The notes: generated by a model from the letters alone, not told the origin. Numbered from the stretch's first letter, positions 15,601 through 30,941 are shown. The stretch is DNA of 64,000 nt from Eledone cirrhosa (GCA_964016885.1 OZ024740.1:55056001-55120000); one strand, 5' to 3'. Numbers and translations are program-made.

Positions 15601-15890
15601 GAGAGGTTTTGACAGAATAGAAAATTAACTAAGAGTGAGAGGGAAAAAAATTAATGATAATAAAAAGCGAAAATATAGATGAAGGAAAGAGCGAAGGGTA
15701 TAAGAAGAAGGTGCATTTGTGGCGAAGAAGAAAAGAAAAAACAGAAAAATGGAAGCAATGAAAAAGAGGAGGGAGAAGGGGAGTTTGCAGAATGCTCTGA
15801 AGGAGGAATAAAGTATTTATGGAGAAGGAGAATGTAAAAATAGCAATAATAATAATAATAATAAACACAACAACAGCAACAACAACAACA

Positions 15891-15933
<43 letters not shown>

Positions 15934-16175
15934 CAACAACAACAACAATAAACATAATAATAATATCAACAACAACAACAACACCAGCAATAACAGTGAT
16001 AATGATAATAAATATTGGAAGAAAATGTGAGTCAAAATGAAATATGGTAAATGGGTTTTGGAAGAAAAATATAAACAAAGAGAATGAAGATGTAAAAATA
16101 TATAAATAGCAAAGCAAGAGAAATTTAGTGTGTGTGAGTGAGTGTCCGTGTCAATGTGTCAGTGTGAGCGAATGC

Positions 16176-16222
<47 letters not shown>

Positions 16223-16223
16223 C

Positions 16224-16254
<31 letters not shown>

Positions 16255-16427
16255 CGTGCGTGTGTGTATGTATGTCTGTGTGTGTGTATGTGTGTGTGTG
16301 CTTGTGTGTCTGTGTGCGGTAGTGTTAAGTAAGTAAGAAACCGAGCATATGACATGTACAAACATAACAGCAAAATGAGACGAAGGAAGATATTATATAT
16401 ATATATATATATATTTATACATACATA

Positions 16428-16566
<139 letters not shown>

Positions 16567-17140
16567 CTATATATATATATATATATGCATGTGTATGTAT
16601 GTCTATGTGAAACAGCAGTAGATTCTGCTGTTGCAGAAGTTATAGTTGTACAACGAAAAATATCTTTAAAAAAAAACAAAACGAAAAAAACAACCACCAC
16701 CACAACAACAACAACAACAACAAAATACCTAAGTACAACACGAGGACACCATCAGCAGCAGTAGTAGCAGTGATATCAATAATAACAATGGCAAATTACT
16801 CTACAACTTTCTAGACTATCCAGAGGCCAAATGTTGGTAGTGTTGCTGTTTGTTGCCTGTCTCTGACAAATCTTAAGCATGGTGGTTTAACTAGTGCATT
16901 CACTTAGATATTAGTTATGTATGTCTAGAGCAGGCGGGGGTTTATAAACAAGGAAGTATGTATGTATGGCCACCCACGTCAAGTGTGCATTTATATAAGT
17001 ACGTATATGTGCGGCAATGGTGTACATATACATAATTCTATACATACATTCCAGCACATATTATACATTCAGATAAACACACACACACATATGCATATAC
17101 ATTCATGCACACATATACATATGTATACATTACATGTGTG

Positions 17141-17220
<80 letters not shown>

Positions 17221-17818
17221 TTGTGTTTTAATTTTTCCTTTGCTATCGAAATGTTGACGGCATAAACATAAAAAAAGGATAAAGGCCACTTCGGTCCCGA
17301 ATGACCATGGATTTGCTACTGGAAATTTTCCCTCAAAGGTATTTTCTGGAAAATCATCAGTCACCAAATCAGACTTATCTCCCTTTTTCATGCCACTGAT
17401 GTTGTCCAAAAGAAAAGCAAAGGCTGATGCAACTAGGCACCAGTGACATCGTAATACATTTTCTTCCTCCTGAGGGAACTGGGGAACATAAAATATAGTA
17501 TCTTAGTCAAAGACACAATGTGCCATCTGTATTGTAAACAAAAAGCCAGGGTAAGACGATAGAAAGTGTAATGCAGAAACAGTAGTATCAAATACTGGTA
17601 CAATCTCTTTCAGGTCAAAATCTGATATATTCGAAAATAGGTTTATAACATTCATACATACTTTATAATATGGCAGAATGTTAACGTCATTATTCCAGTG
17701 TCATGGTCAGGGATGGAATTTGGGATTATGAAGTGAGACAGTATTCCGCTACTTTTCAGTTTCTAAATTACAGATGTGATTATAATGTCCACCTCACTCT
17801 CACATACTTTAGAGAGTA

Positions 17819-17915
<97 letters not shown>

Positions 17916-18094
17916 GGCGGGCGGTATGTATTTATAATGAAGCAGCAACATGCAGACACTGAAACGCAATATAATAAATATATATTGAATGTACTACTGA
18001 ACTACATATTTCTGTGTAAACACAAACACACACAGACGACATACACACACACACACACACAAATACACACCCAGACACACACACCCACACACAC

Positions 18095-18201
<107 letters not shown>

Positions 18202-18384
18202 ATATATATATACGGGTATCTACAAGTTTCTGGTAGGGGCAATAATGTTTTTAGGCTTCCATGAAGTCTTGAAGAAATAATCCCATCGACATTATATGAT
18301 GAGTGTTAGTCTTTTCGTAAGAGGCTTTCATCATATAAGATTTCGTTTTCATATAGGGTAAAGTTGGTGGAGTTAAGATCATAA

Positions 18385-18617
18385 TGTCGTGGATTCAAGA
18401 TCTGGGTGAGTTGCGTGTTGTGTTCTTCAGCAAAAAAATCACTTCACGTTGTTCAAGCATACTCACCTGAAAATGAGTACTACCAATAACCGGGAGTTTA
18501 ACGATGCGTTGGACTGGCGTTCTGTCCAGGCGGAGTCTTTTATTCTCAGTCGCCCCAGGCCCCAAAACAGGGATAAGCACCGGCATAACGAGCTTTCTGG
18601 CTTGAGAATTTAGACTA
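18385..18617 (+). mobile_element. Decayed SINE, family C
   Basis: GTGTTGTGTTCTTCAGCAA..CACGTTG core like family B, then a GGACTGGCGTTCTGTCCAGG..GGATAAGCACCGGC body and a (TA)n tail. Confidence 0.5.
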
Positions 18618-19525
18618 TATATATATATATATACATATGTGTGTGTGTATGTGTGTGTGTCTCTGTGTGTATGTCCATGTGTGTGTGTGTATGGGTGTGT
18701 TTGTGTGTGTGCGTTTATGTCTGTACGTGCGTATGTATGTATGGCCACATATTCATTCATATCGGAGCAGTCTTGATTTGAATGTTTTAAAACATTTTAA
18801 CAACTTTGTAGTTCCTCAAATAGGAAATTATTTGAGAATCATCTGTGAATCTTAGGGAAATTCAAAGCACGTTCTTTACACTTAATTTTAAGCGTGTGTA
18901 TATATATGAAGGTTTGTTTTGTTTGTGTGCTTTCGTGTTTGCGTCCATCTGTGTGTGTTTGTATGAGTAAACAAAACAAACGGTATTTTAGCATTTCTAA
19001 ATTTCTAAAACTTATCAAACTATAATATATTTTAACTATATAAAAAAAGAGAAACCTAAGAAGGAAAAGCCGAGATCAAGATGAATAGAAAAGAGGTGGA
19101 GGGGAAGGTTGATGAGGAAGGGGATAAAGAGGAGGAGGAGGTGAAGAAGAAGAAGAAGAAGAAGAAGAAGAAGAAGAAGAAGAAGAAGAAGAAGAAGAAG
19201 AAGAAGAAGAAGAAGAAGAAGAAGAAGAACATACAATAAGAACAACAACAAGAGCAAAAACAAGTGAAACCACATAGTCAGAATAATTTTAATTGAGCTT
19301 GTTCCATAAACAATATGGTGAAAATATTTTGCAAGTCAGCCAAAGCTTAATAACTTCATTGTTTAAGTTCGTATAATGTTCTACAATCCACCAGGTGTTT
19401 GTTTCTTACTGCTGATAAATGTAAAGCACCTGCAATTTGATACAAATTCCAATTTAGCGACACTACGAAATTGCAATAAATAGATAGCGAATATATCTTA
19501 AAACACACATACAAATACACCCACA

Positions 19526-19608
<83 letters not shown>

Positions 19609-19681
19609 TGAAAATATAGAAATTAATGCGAGCTAGAAGCCAACAGTAGTTCATAATATATAAGTGACATATTATATATAA

Positions 19682-19740
<59 letters not shown>

Positions 19741-19764
19741 TCTCTTTCTCTCTCTCTCTCTCTG

Positions 19765-19815
<51 letters not shown>

Positions 19816-20980
19816 ATAACAACGATGGTTGGTAGACACTGTACGGCTTAATTTGGGATGTTTGTTTATAAACACACCGAGCATTATAATAAATGTTCGG
19901 TGAATCCATACGTACATATATATATGTGTGCATGTATGTATATATTTATACATACTACTGTACGTCTGTATACATATATGTATGTACGTATACATACTTA
20001 TATTTAAGTAACAGCCGTACTAAGAGTGAGAAATGAAATTTCGTTTCATTTTTTTCCGTTTATATATATATGTATGTATATATATATACAGATATGTGTG
20101 ACATGATTTTATTTGTTAGTGTATACTTATTCTAGCCATCGTTATACTGCGTTATATTATTGCCCTAAACATTGAATTCATTTTGTGTTCATCAACTCAT
20201 TGCTAGGAAACACTAAATTTAAAAAAAACCTTTTTCATGTACTTGCCAGATATTTATATCATTTTTCACTCTATCACTCTATGCTCTGTTTCACCCTCTC
20301 TTTTTTCCCTTTCCTGTTTCTCTCTTTCCACCCTCCCGCCCTCTCCCACACATAAATACACACACATACTCTATCTATTTTTCTTTCTGTCTAGTTTACT
20401 CAAAAACATATAAAAACAGGTATTTTACCTGAAATATAATGACAAATTAAATATGTCTAGGAGAACACTTCAATATCACTGTTATCAATATTTTTGCTAT
20501 TCAATGTTTGATCTCTTTTGCTGTCTCTATAGAAAAGTGTATTCAATATACCCCACAAAGCTTCAAATATCTTATAACGCAATTCCATTACGTTCGTTAT
20601 CATCTATAATACGGAATCGTGATATCAGAGTGGGGGCCAATGCCATTGTTATGACTGGAAACGCACATTGATGAAGATTAATCGATTTCTAGATGTAAAT
20701 ATTTTATCTCATACAAGTCCGAGAAAAAGAATGATCGATACCAATTTTCAATTGATCCATTACAAAAGAATATACTATTCCCAATTATACACCAAAGAAA
20801 TAGCTTCTCTTAATATATTCGCAGAATATATACATTGAAATGTTTAATCTCACCCGTCAAGTATTCGAGTAAAATTTGAGACGAAACAAATGACACATTC
20901 CCTGTACTACAAACTCAATGAGCCTGGAAAACAAAGAGGCATTGTATTGTATGCACTCTCTCTATATATATATATATCGA

Positions 20981-21200
20981 CAGTCGATCGACTTTTCGTC
21001 AAATCGGACCGAGGAAATAATGTTTCCGTTGGTCTTTCCAATTGCTAATAATATCTATCGGTCGCAACTCCAGGTAGAAGGAGCAACGTGAAATAAAGTG
21101 TCTTCCTCAAAGACATAACGCATAGCACGCTCCAGGAATCGAACTCACAAACTCACGATTGCAAATCCAGTTCTCTTACCACTCAGCCACACGCCTTCAC
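20981..21200 (-). mobile_element. tRNA-derived SINE, family B, full length
   Basis: Minus strand has A box TGGCTGAGTGG, B box GTTCGATTCC and a CORE/V-like TATGTCTTTGAGGAAGACACTTTATTTCAC. Matches two other copies. Confidence 0.85.
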
Positions 21201-21228
21201 AAATGTGTGTGTGTGTGTGTGTATGTGT

Positions 21229-21320
<92 letters not shown>

Positions 21321-21357
21321 GTATATATATGTATGTATATATATATGTATATATATG

Positions 21358-21476
<119 letters not shown>

Positions 21477-21518
21477 GTATATATATGTATATATATATAT
21501 ATATCTATATATATATAT

Positions 21519-21752
21519 CTAGGGCGGGTAAAATTCCCGAGATCCATGGAAGAGTTCTCTCCAGCGGTCTCTGTCCCTCATTATCGCTGCCATGTCCTGC
21601 GTCTCCAACAGACCAGTGTCTGTCCTTAGGGCATCAACATACGTTAACCTTGGTCTTCCTCTTCCAGTGTGTCCATGTAGGGGCTCCCACAGGAGCACTG
21701 AGTGGAATGTCAACTCTGGATGTCGGTGAGCATATCCAGCTAACCTCAGTCT
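21519..21752 (-). mobile_element. RTE-clade LINE, 5'-truncated 3' end
   Basis: Translates [55 protein letters not shown], the typical RTE ORF C-terminus. Stop codon abuts (TA)n. Confidence 0.85.
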
Positions 21753-21758
21753 CCTCTC

Positions 21759-21836
<78 letters not shown>

Positions 21837-21931
21837 CAAATACATTGATACAAACGCGCTTAAGTATATCTAAAATATACAGATATAAATCCTTTATATA
21901 GAGATATAGAGATATAGCAATTTCTGTACAT

Positions 21932-22038
<107 letters not shown>

Positions 22039-23020
22039 TATATATGCTGATATTGATATCAATGTATAAAATCCTGTTTTATTCTCTTTTCTATCTGCAG
22101 TCTGTTAGCCGGTGCATAAAGAGCTTGTAAGAGGTTTTTACACGCTTATCAGATCTGACAAAGACCAAAGCTAGGACATCATATCCACAAGTACAGTGTT
22201 TCAAATCTCTCCTCGCTGTTTCTTCTCAATCGCCTTGTTCTTTCTCATTAAACTGTATCAATCAATTACACCCATTTCCACTCACAATTTCTAACGTCGA
22301 CCCCCCACCCCCAAAAATACTTCTTTCATAAGCATACAATTGTGCACGTAACCCACAATCTTAGTTTATTTACTGACAGATAAATATGACTGCAAGTCTG
22401 CCTAAATATTGCACAGGGCTAGTTAAAAATCTGAAGAATATATGCTAAGAAATTATATACATAGATGTTCAAATGTGTGTTAGCTAATCACTGACTTTAT
22501 TGTTTGCAAAAAAGAGCACTCAATGAAGTATTAAAGTTGGTCTGCTTACTCCGTAGTATAGCTACAATAAGTAAACAGGTTAGAATCTAGTTCATTTATG
22601 CATTATACAATCGCTGGTATATACATTTTGATGATAACTGTTTTGCAACGGAAATGACCTCATCAGACAGCTAATAGCTGAAGAGAAAAAGCATGAAGAA
22701 GTAAAAACAAAAAAATACCCCTGGTGTTTCAGTCCATTGATGTGTCCCGGGATGATCATTGGTGTTCCTTTATATTCTGTGGCAAGATTTTCATTCTGAG
22801 TACAATTTCATCAATTCAAAGTGAACAATAACTTTACCTTAAACAGTGAATATCAACATAAAATATTTTACTTCGTTGATTCACTAGAATGTAATCTTCA
22901 CGGCAGTTAAAACACATGTCTTGTTTGATTGCGTAGGAACAGATAGATCACTTACACACACAGACACATACATATCATACACAATCTTCTCTCTCTCTCA
23001 CACAAACTTTCTCTCCCTCT

Positions 23021-23110
<90 letters not shown>

Positions 23111-23136
23111 GTATATATATACATATATATATATGT

Positions 23137-23663
<527 letters not shown>

Positions 23664-23886
23664 TGTGTGTGTGTCTGTGTGCGCGTGTATGTGTTGTGTT
23701 AAGCAAGTGTATACGTTTATCTAGGCACGTATGAGGCTATGTTCATATATATTTAGCATATACAAATGGTTTACCTTTATATAGGCATGCGATGGCTGCT
23801 AAATATATATAGTCGGCTGACCAAAATTTAAACCAAACCTGGATGAAATACATAAAGTCAGACACACATTAGTGTCTCATTCTCAT

Positions 23887-23919
<33 letters not shown>

Positions 23920-23966
23920 CTGCTTCTCCCTCACTCTCTCTCTCTATCTCTCTCTCTCTCTCTTTA

Positions 23967-24000
<34 letters not shown>

Positions 24001-24207
24001 CGCTCGTGAACACAAACGCACATGCGCATACGCATATTGTGTTCTTGTTCAGACATTCCATGATAAAAGAATGCTTTCACATTCACAGGTCTTGTAACTA
24101 TATGGGAAGACACACACACATATATATATATATACAAAACGTTACACACCGATACATTATATATATATATACACACATACACATATATATATCTACATAT
24201 TTGTATG

Positions 24208-24254
<47 letters not shown>

Positions 24255-24288
24255 ACACATATATGTATATGTATGTATAATATATAAG

Positions 24289-24328
<40 letters not shown>

Positions 24329-24959
24329 TATATATATGTATATATATGCATATATATATATATGCCTATACATATATATATTTATATATATATATGTTTA
24401 TGTGTGTGTGTGTGTATATATGTAGATATGTATGTATGTGCGTATCATGAAAATAAATATCGATTAACCTTCCCTTTCAACTAAGAATTCTGCATTATTT
24501 TCATAATTTCTTCGCAGAGTATATCTACTTTTTCTGTTTTCATTTCTGTGTTTTATTTTTGTTGTTTTTTTCCATTCTTTCATTGCTCCCTTAAGTGCGT
24601 GTAAGCACGTTTGAGCACCTGCGTGCATCCGTCTTTTCAGCAAAGTTTTTTTTTTCTACTTTGCTCTTCCATATATATCTATATATCTCGTCCAAATATC
24701 TTTTCTCTCTTTTTTCTACCATTTCTTCAAAACTTTTATGGAATATTTTCTTGTTTGTGTTTGCAATGTTTGTTTCGCTTCTTCTTCTTGTTTTATCTTT
24801 TCTTTTTATTTTTGCTTTCTTTTAATCTTTAAAATGATTTTTTATACTCTTATTTATCTCCTTTATTCCTATTCAGTTTAACCGAAACCCCGAACCACAT
24901 ACATCCCAATATCTGTCTATCTATCTATCCATCTATCTATCCCTCACATTCTCTCTCTC

Positions 24960-24990
<31 letters not shown>

Positions 24991-25106
24991 TTATTAGCGC
25001 GTGTGTGTGTGTGTTTATTAGCGCGCGCGCGTGTGTGTGTGTGTGTGTTTGTGCGTGTGTGTGTGTGGTATGTTTGACTGTGTGTGGGCATGCACATGTA
25101 TGTGGG

Positions 25107-25177
<71 letters not shown>

Positions 25178-26923
25178 ATGTATGTATATATATATATATA
25201 TGTGTATAATGCATTGTTCTGTATTCGACTTGGTTGGAGTGTGCTCTATGGTGGAGTATTGATGTTGGTGGTGGTTTGCTAGTGGCGCTCTTGTTAGTGT
25301 CATATTTGCTTTGACTTTCCTTTATACTTTTCTTTTTCTTGCTTTTAATTGTTTTATTTGTTTCTGCTTCTTTTTCTCCACTTCCTTGGTTTTGAAACCT
25401 TGGTAGTTAGCACCATTTTTTAAAGCAGTTTTGTTCTTCTTCTGAAGAAAAATATCAGAAATATCATTCTTATGAGTAGGAAGTTACTGCACAACAATTG
25501 CATTTGCTTCCTAATGGCTCTTAAACAATGTGCTAACTATATTTTTCTTCAGACACGTAAGAAAATTTAGTCATATTTATTGCAATGAGTGAAATATCAA
25601 CCATGTTTCCAACTATTCACATATTTATACTTCAACATTTCTACTAACAAGTAGTCTGCAATTGTTAGCATGAATCTATTTCACAGTATTGATATATATA
25701 TATATATTAATGTTTGTGTGTGTGCGCGTGTGTGTTTGTGTATATATGCCTGTGTGTCTCTGTGTGTGTGTGTGTGTCCTTGCACCAAAATCTAGCTAAG
25801 ATTATTCTAACTGTCCAATCAACTGAACAGAAATCTCGTTTGAAATTATTAGATTCCGGTTCCAGAGACACCTGTACGTTTCAATTCTTTTCCTACTGAC
25901 GAAACATTACAAGCTATTAAACCATTCCATATCTTGAAAATATAAAAATCAGAGGAATCTTTTTCTTGTTGTGCTTACCTCGATATCAATGAAAATCCAT
26001 AAGAAGCTATGAACAGAGACCTGCCTAGCTGAGAGACCTACCCGTTGTTTTTATTTTGTCTTTGAGAGGAAAGATTGTTTCATTGGGTAAAACACCACGT
26101 TCTAATTGACCTGGTTAGACTAAAACTGACACAGTATTCCATAGGTCAAACAAAATACCGCAGAGTATCACAGCCGATGCTCTACACATACCACCAATAT
26201 ATCATAAATGGCCAGCACGACTCAATATAAATGTTGATCTCGGGGTTGTTTATAGTCAGCGTACTAAACGGCCGGAAAGTATATAAAGAGGGGTTTAATC
26301 CAACAAACTAACAATTCTGCAGAATCACTGTCTTTCAAACGCCATTTATATTTTACGTAAAATATATAATCAGCTTACTCTGAAGTAACATATTTACGGA
26401 AGGTATATATGACATATTATTTCATTGTACTAACTACGTTGGTTTCATGATTAAACATATAATCGAAATTTATACATTGTGTTTTAATTTCAATCTTCTT
26501 TTCGAAATATTCATTGATAAGGTATATGAAATGTAAGCAAATTCAAATGAGGTTTTAACTAAATTGTTGGTTCCCTCTAATCATGGACGCATAGGAAGAC
26601 ATTTTATTATCGGATAGGTGTATGAAGTTTAATAATCATTGTAATTTACCTACATACATAACTACATACAGATATTCATAGAAGCATGCATACATACATG
26701 TACACATATTAACACATTCAAAAATACATACATACATGCATACATTCATACATATATCAAAGAATTCATGCAATATGCGTTTGAAAATGTGTGCATTGTG
26801 TCTTTGTGTGTGATATATACATTCATCTGCATAATGAAAGAAGAATATTATTAGAAGTAGAGGCAAAGACAGCTAATATATATTTCTCTTTCACCCCTCC
26901 CCCTCTTTCTCTCTCTTTCTATG

Positions 26924-26960
<37 letters not shown>

Positions 26961-26961
<1 letters not shown>

Positions 26962-27146
26962 AGTTTATCCCGGGTTCAATCAGGGGTAACCTCAGTAAGT
27001 AAGGTACTCAATACAAAGCAGAGTATAAATATTTAATATAGAAAGCTTCTACAGGACTAGAACTGTTTCATTCGTGAGAAATCATCAGGAAGCTCCAGAT
27101 GATTTCTCGGGAAATGAAACAGTTCTAGTCCTGTAGAAGCTTTCTA

Positions 27147-27150
<4 letters not shown>
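26961..27150 (-). mobile_element. Penelope pLTR/retrozyme-like fold-back cassette (palindrome 27035-27150) in (TA)n
   Basis: Inverted arms of ~56 bp. Minus strand reads hammerhead, ATTAAA, then a GTATTGAGTAC tail. A homologous copy lies at 37410-37526. Confidence 0.78.
27044..27094 (-). ncRNA. Type I hammerhead ribozyme
   Basis: AGCTTC-CTGATGA-tTTCtcacGAAt-GAA-ACAG ttctagtc CTGT-A-GAAGCT: 6-bp stem I, 4-bp stem III, GUA triplet. Confidence 0.75.
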
Positions 27151-27192
<42 letters not shown>

Positions 27193-28757
27193 GAGTTTTT
27201 TTACATAAGCAGACACATACACCCACACACACACATACACATATGGATACTCCTACTAATATACTTCCCATAATATTTCTTTATATTAAAATCAAATATC
27301 CTGTATGTCAACGCGAAGAGAATGTTTTGAGAGCAGTGGTTTTTTAAAATACATTAACAATATTATTGTCTGAACATATATCTAGAGGGAGTCAGAATAC
27401 TATTGCAGTGCTCGGAAACATAGTACTTAGGATATATATATATATATATTTTTTAAATTCCATGTTAAGATTGTTTTAATTTCAATGGACTGTTTCAGAT
27501 AAATTAACGAAGAATAGTTAATCAATTTACAGAATAAATAGTGTAAAATATCTAACCTCAAACGAGATTCGAAATTGTATCATCTCATTATCTGATTGCT
27601 TGTTGCATACATTCCGTTGTTTCGAATCTGTGATTGCCTGTGCTTAGTTGATGAAGTATTAATTGTTATCAATGTAACAAGTTATTGTTTCTACCCGCTG
27701 GAAATATGTCTCGAAATATAATAAGCATGTAATTCTGACGCAAAACATATCGTGTTTCTGGTGCCGCCGCAGGAAATATATATATAATAAAATGGTGAAT
27801 GTCATTCCCATTTACACATTTTATGCTTCGAAATGCTGCAGAAATATCTATCTATCTATCAGAGAGACAAACTGAAAGTTGTTCCAGTTCTAAGTTCCAT
27901 TCATACACTTCATTTGTCTCTCCCTCCCTCTTTCTGACAATTTTCCCCTTTCTCTCTCTCTCTCTCTCTCTCTGTAAAGTATCTACCATTAAGTATCATA
28001 AGTCATTCAACTTGACTACATTTTATTTTCCAGGCCATTAGCGATTTGACTGAAAAGCATTCTTTTTTTCCTCAGCACACTTTCAGACGCTCGTGCAGAT
28101 TTTCTTTAAATAACATTCTCTCGAGTAGGTAGAGGTATTTGATTCGTTTCCTGACTTTTCTCATATAGAAAGCAAGAAGTAGACAGTGACTACTCCAAAA
28201 TGGAACTAGATAGAAAATCATCTCATGAAAAGCCTATTTCAGGGAGTAAATAAGTAAATTAAAATACAGGCAAAAAAATGATAAAATATTATATTTGAGA
28301 ATAGTATCCTCCATACTATTGTTATGATAATGGCGTCACATCTAAAACTCCCATGCTCACATCAATGCCAACAGAAATAAATAAATAAATGAATAAATAA
28401 ATAAATAAATAAATACACACGCTAGTAACTTATTATATTATCTAACAATGATTATTTCGCAATTTGTAAAGCTTATTTGCGAAAATATCTGAGGGTTAGG
28501 CGTGATGCTGACATCTTTACAAATCGTCAGATATAATGTCATATTCACATACGTTGAATATCCATGAGCCTTTTAAAACTTCCTAATCAATTTTAGTTCA
28601 TATTTTGAAGATTATTTCTTGCAATATATAATAAATATGAAGATGTAAATACGTTTAAGATTTCGCTTTAAAACTCAGTTTTGTTAGTGCTGCTAATTCT
28701 AGCTATATATAACAGACCGTTCTACTGATTTAAAAAAATCTTATTCTTGATATCATT

Positions 28758-29002
28758 CTGGCAGAGTCGGCAATGTCTCGTACAAAATGCTTTGGCGTAA
28801 TTGTGTTGGACTCTCTAACCATCTGAGTTCAAATCCCGCTGAGGTTAACTTTGCCTTTCATCCTTACGGGGTCGATAAAATAAAGTACCAAGCATGCACT
28901 GCTGTCGATTTAATCGACTTTCCTCTCCCCTTCAAATTACGGGCCTGGTGCCTAAACTAGAAAAAATTATTATTATTATTATTATTATTATTGTTATTGT
29001 TA
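28758..29002 (+). mobile_element. SINE family A, long form, with (ATT)n tail
   Basis: ATCTGAGTTCAAATCCCGCTGAGGTTAACTTTGCCTTTCATCCTTACGGGGTCGATAAAATAAAGTACC core. Confidence 0.85.
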
Positions 29003-29133
29003 TTCCTTGAATCTCAGTCATTGATGTTGGTTAACTGGAAAGTCCGTTGGATTGAATATCAAGCCACTACCTGCAGCCTCAGATATTCAGGACGTATCGG
29101 AGGGTTCTTGCTGTTCCAAGCAAGCATGCCCTT
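29003..29133 (-). mobile_element. R4/Dong-like LINE, short 3' tip
   Basis: Near-duplicate of 29233-29362 (last codons ACLLGTARTLRYVLNI plus 3'UTR), embedded in (ATT)n. Confidence 0.8.
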
Positions 29134-29136
29134 ATA

Positions 29137-29226
<90 letters not shown>

Positions 29227-29232
29227 GTTATT

Positions 29233-29546
29233 GTTCTTTGAGTCTCAGTCATTGATGTTAGTTAACTGGAAAATTTGTTGAAATGAATATCAAGTCACTA
29301 CCTGCAGCCTCAGATATTCAGGACGTATCGGAGGGTTCTAGCTGTTCCCAGCAAGCGTGCCTTTTGAAGCGTTCCAAAAAGCGTGGCGGGGCCAATTTTC
29401 TTTAACCATCCCTGGAAACTTTTTGAGATAGTACCTAGTGCTCCTATGACAATCGGGACCACTTTGACTTCATGGCAGTTCCAAATCCTTTTTACCTCCC
29501 ACTTTACGTCCTGGTATCGGTTAATGTTCTCCCTCTCCTTCTCTTT
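29233..29546 (-). mobile_element. R4/Dong-like (RLE) LINE 3' end
   Basis: KEKERENINRYQDVKWEVKRIWNCHEVKVVPIVIGALGTI..LQKARLLGTARTLRYVL matches the R4/Dong RLE C-terminus. Short 3'UTR and (TAA)n tail. Confidence 0.85.
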
Positions 29547-30048
29547 AGGGGAAGGGCAGGCAGTTTTTATCTGTCTGGTGGCCATGGCGAAAGAGATAGT
29601 TTGGTGGACACGTTTGAAAGGGCTGAAGACGAGCACTTACCTCTTCGGGGATGCCCTGATTGACTTTTTCAAATTTCATTTGAAAAGGAAAATCAGAGTA
29701 GAGAGGGAAGTGCACTCTTCCCAGCATTTTGTTGAAAGATGGGTGAGAGAAGCAAGAATGGCCCGAGTGAATGGGCCTACTCTGAGTATGTATCTGTAAA
29801 TTAAAGGTGGAAAACTGGGAGAGGGCACTTGCCTTGGTGGTCAGGGTCACTGTGGCCTTTTACTGGGCTTTCTCCACAAATGTCCCTCCGAAGTCTCCCC
29901 CCTATTGGGGAATTTTTCATTGTTATTTTTTTGTTACATCCTCTGTTTTTGTTTTTTACACGCAGAAATGCCCATTTGTACCGTCCTGCATTGTCCTGCA
30001 CTGTCCTTAATGTCTACTTTATGTAAACCCTTGTGGTTAATAAAGAAA

Positions 30049-30050
<2 letters not shown>
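29547..30050 (+). mobile_element. L1/Tx1-like LINE 3' end
   Basis: GQAVFICLVAMAKEIVWWTRLKGL..FFKFHLKRKIRVER..FVERW resembles the Tx1 ORF2 C-terminal W-x-x-R region (stop at 29799). ~250-nt 3'UTR ends AATAAAGAAATC(ATT)n. Confidence 0.7.
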
Positions 30051-30097
<47 letters not shown>

Positions 30098-30105
30098 ATA
30101 CAGCG

Positions 30106-30320
30106 CGATGGATTGGCAGTATCGGTAGAAGGTCGGACGCCATGCTGTAGAGCATAGAGTTACGGCTCTTTATGATCTGAGTTCAAATCCCACCGATGTT
30201 AACTTTGCCTTTCATCCTCACAGGTTCGATAAAATAAAAGCACCAGTAACGTACTGGGGTCGATTTAGTCGACTTTCCCCTCCACCCAAAATTGCTGGCC
30301 TTGTGCCTATACTAGAAATC
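30106..30320 (+). mobile_element. SINE family A, long form with 16-bp TSD
   Basis: Full consensus match. ATTATTACATACAGCG occurs at 30090-30105 and 30321-30336. Confidence 0.88.
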
Positions 30321-30585
30321 ATTATTACATACAGCGTAGTGAAGTAACAGACATGGAATATAGACAAGTCATTTTCAATTTTATACAGGTTCTGCGTTCA
30401 AAAACCACCGGGGCTTATTTTATCTGTTAATCCTCTATGGGTCTATACAATAAATACCAGTAATATAATGAGGTTTACACCATCGAATATATCCACTCTC
30501 TACACAAAACTCCCGTAGAAATGTATAGAATCATCCGGAATTAGCTATTGAAATCTCAAGAGCTCAGCCGTCGGGTCCAGAATCT

Positions 30586-30631
<46 letters not shown>

Positions 30632-30676
30632 AATAAAATAAATAAGTCAAATGTTTAAAATTTGGCTTCGTTTATT

Positions 30677-30731
30677 ACTGCTATATATATTTCGGTGACA
30701 GCCATCTTTGGCTGTGACCTCTTCAGGCAGT
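30677..30731 (-). ncRNA. Minimal type I hammerhead ribozyme
   Basis: ACTGC-CTGAAGA-GGTcACAGCCA aaga TGGCTGTcACC-GAA-AT atat AT-A-GCAGT followed directly by AATAAA: 5-bp stem I, ~10-bp stem II, palindromic stem III loop, AUA triplet. Confidence 0.8.
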
Positions 30732-30882
30732 CCGAATTAGTGTGGTAGAGACGACGAGTACACATGTTGTTGAGGTGTTTAACTTTTTCAATACTCTGAT
30801 ATGCCCAGTTCCTGGTTGGGTTGTTATTTCACTGAGGAACTGGAATCATATGGTATACAACCAACATATACTCATACTCAAC

Positions 30883-30941
<59 letters not shown>

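Noticed and set aside
22630-22672. Minus-strand CTGATGA..AAAAC motif
   Set aside because: No convincing stems, and G12 is missing.
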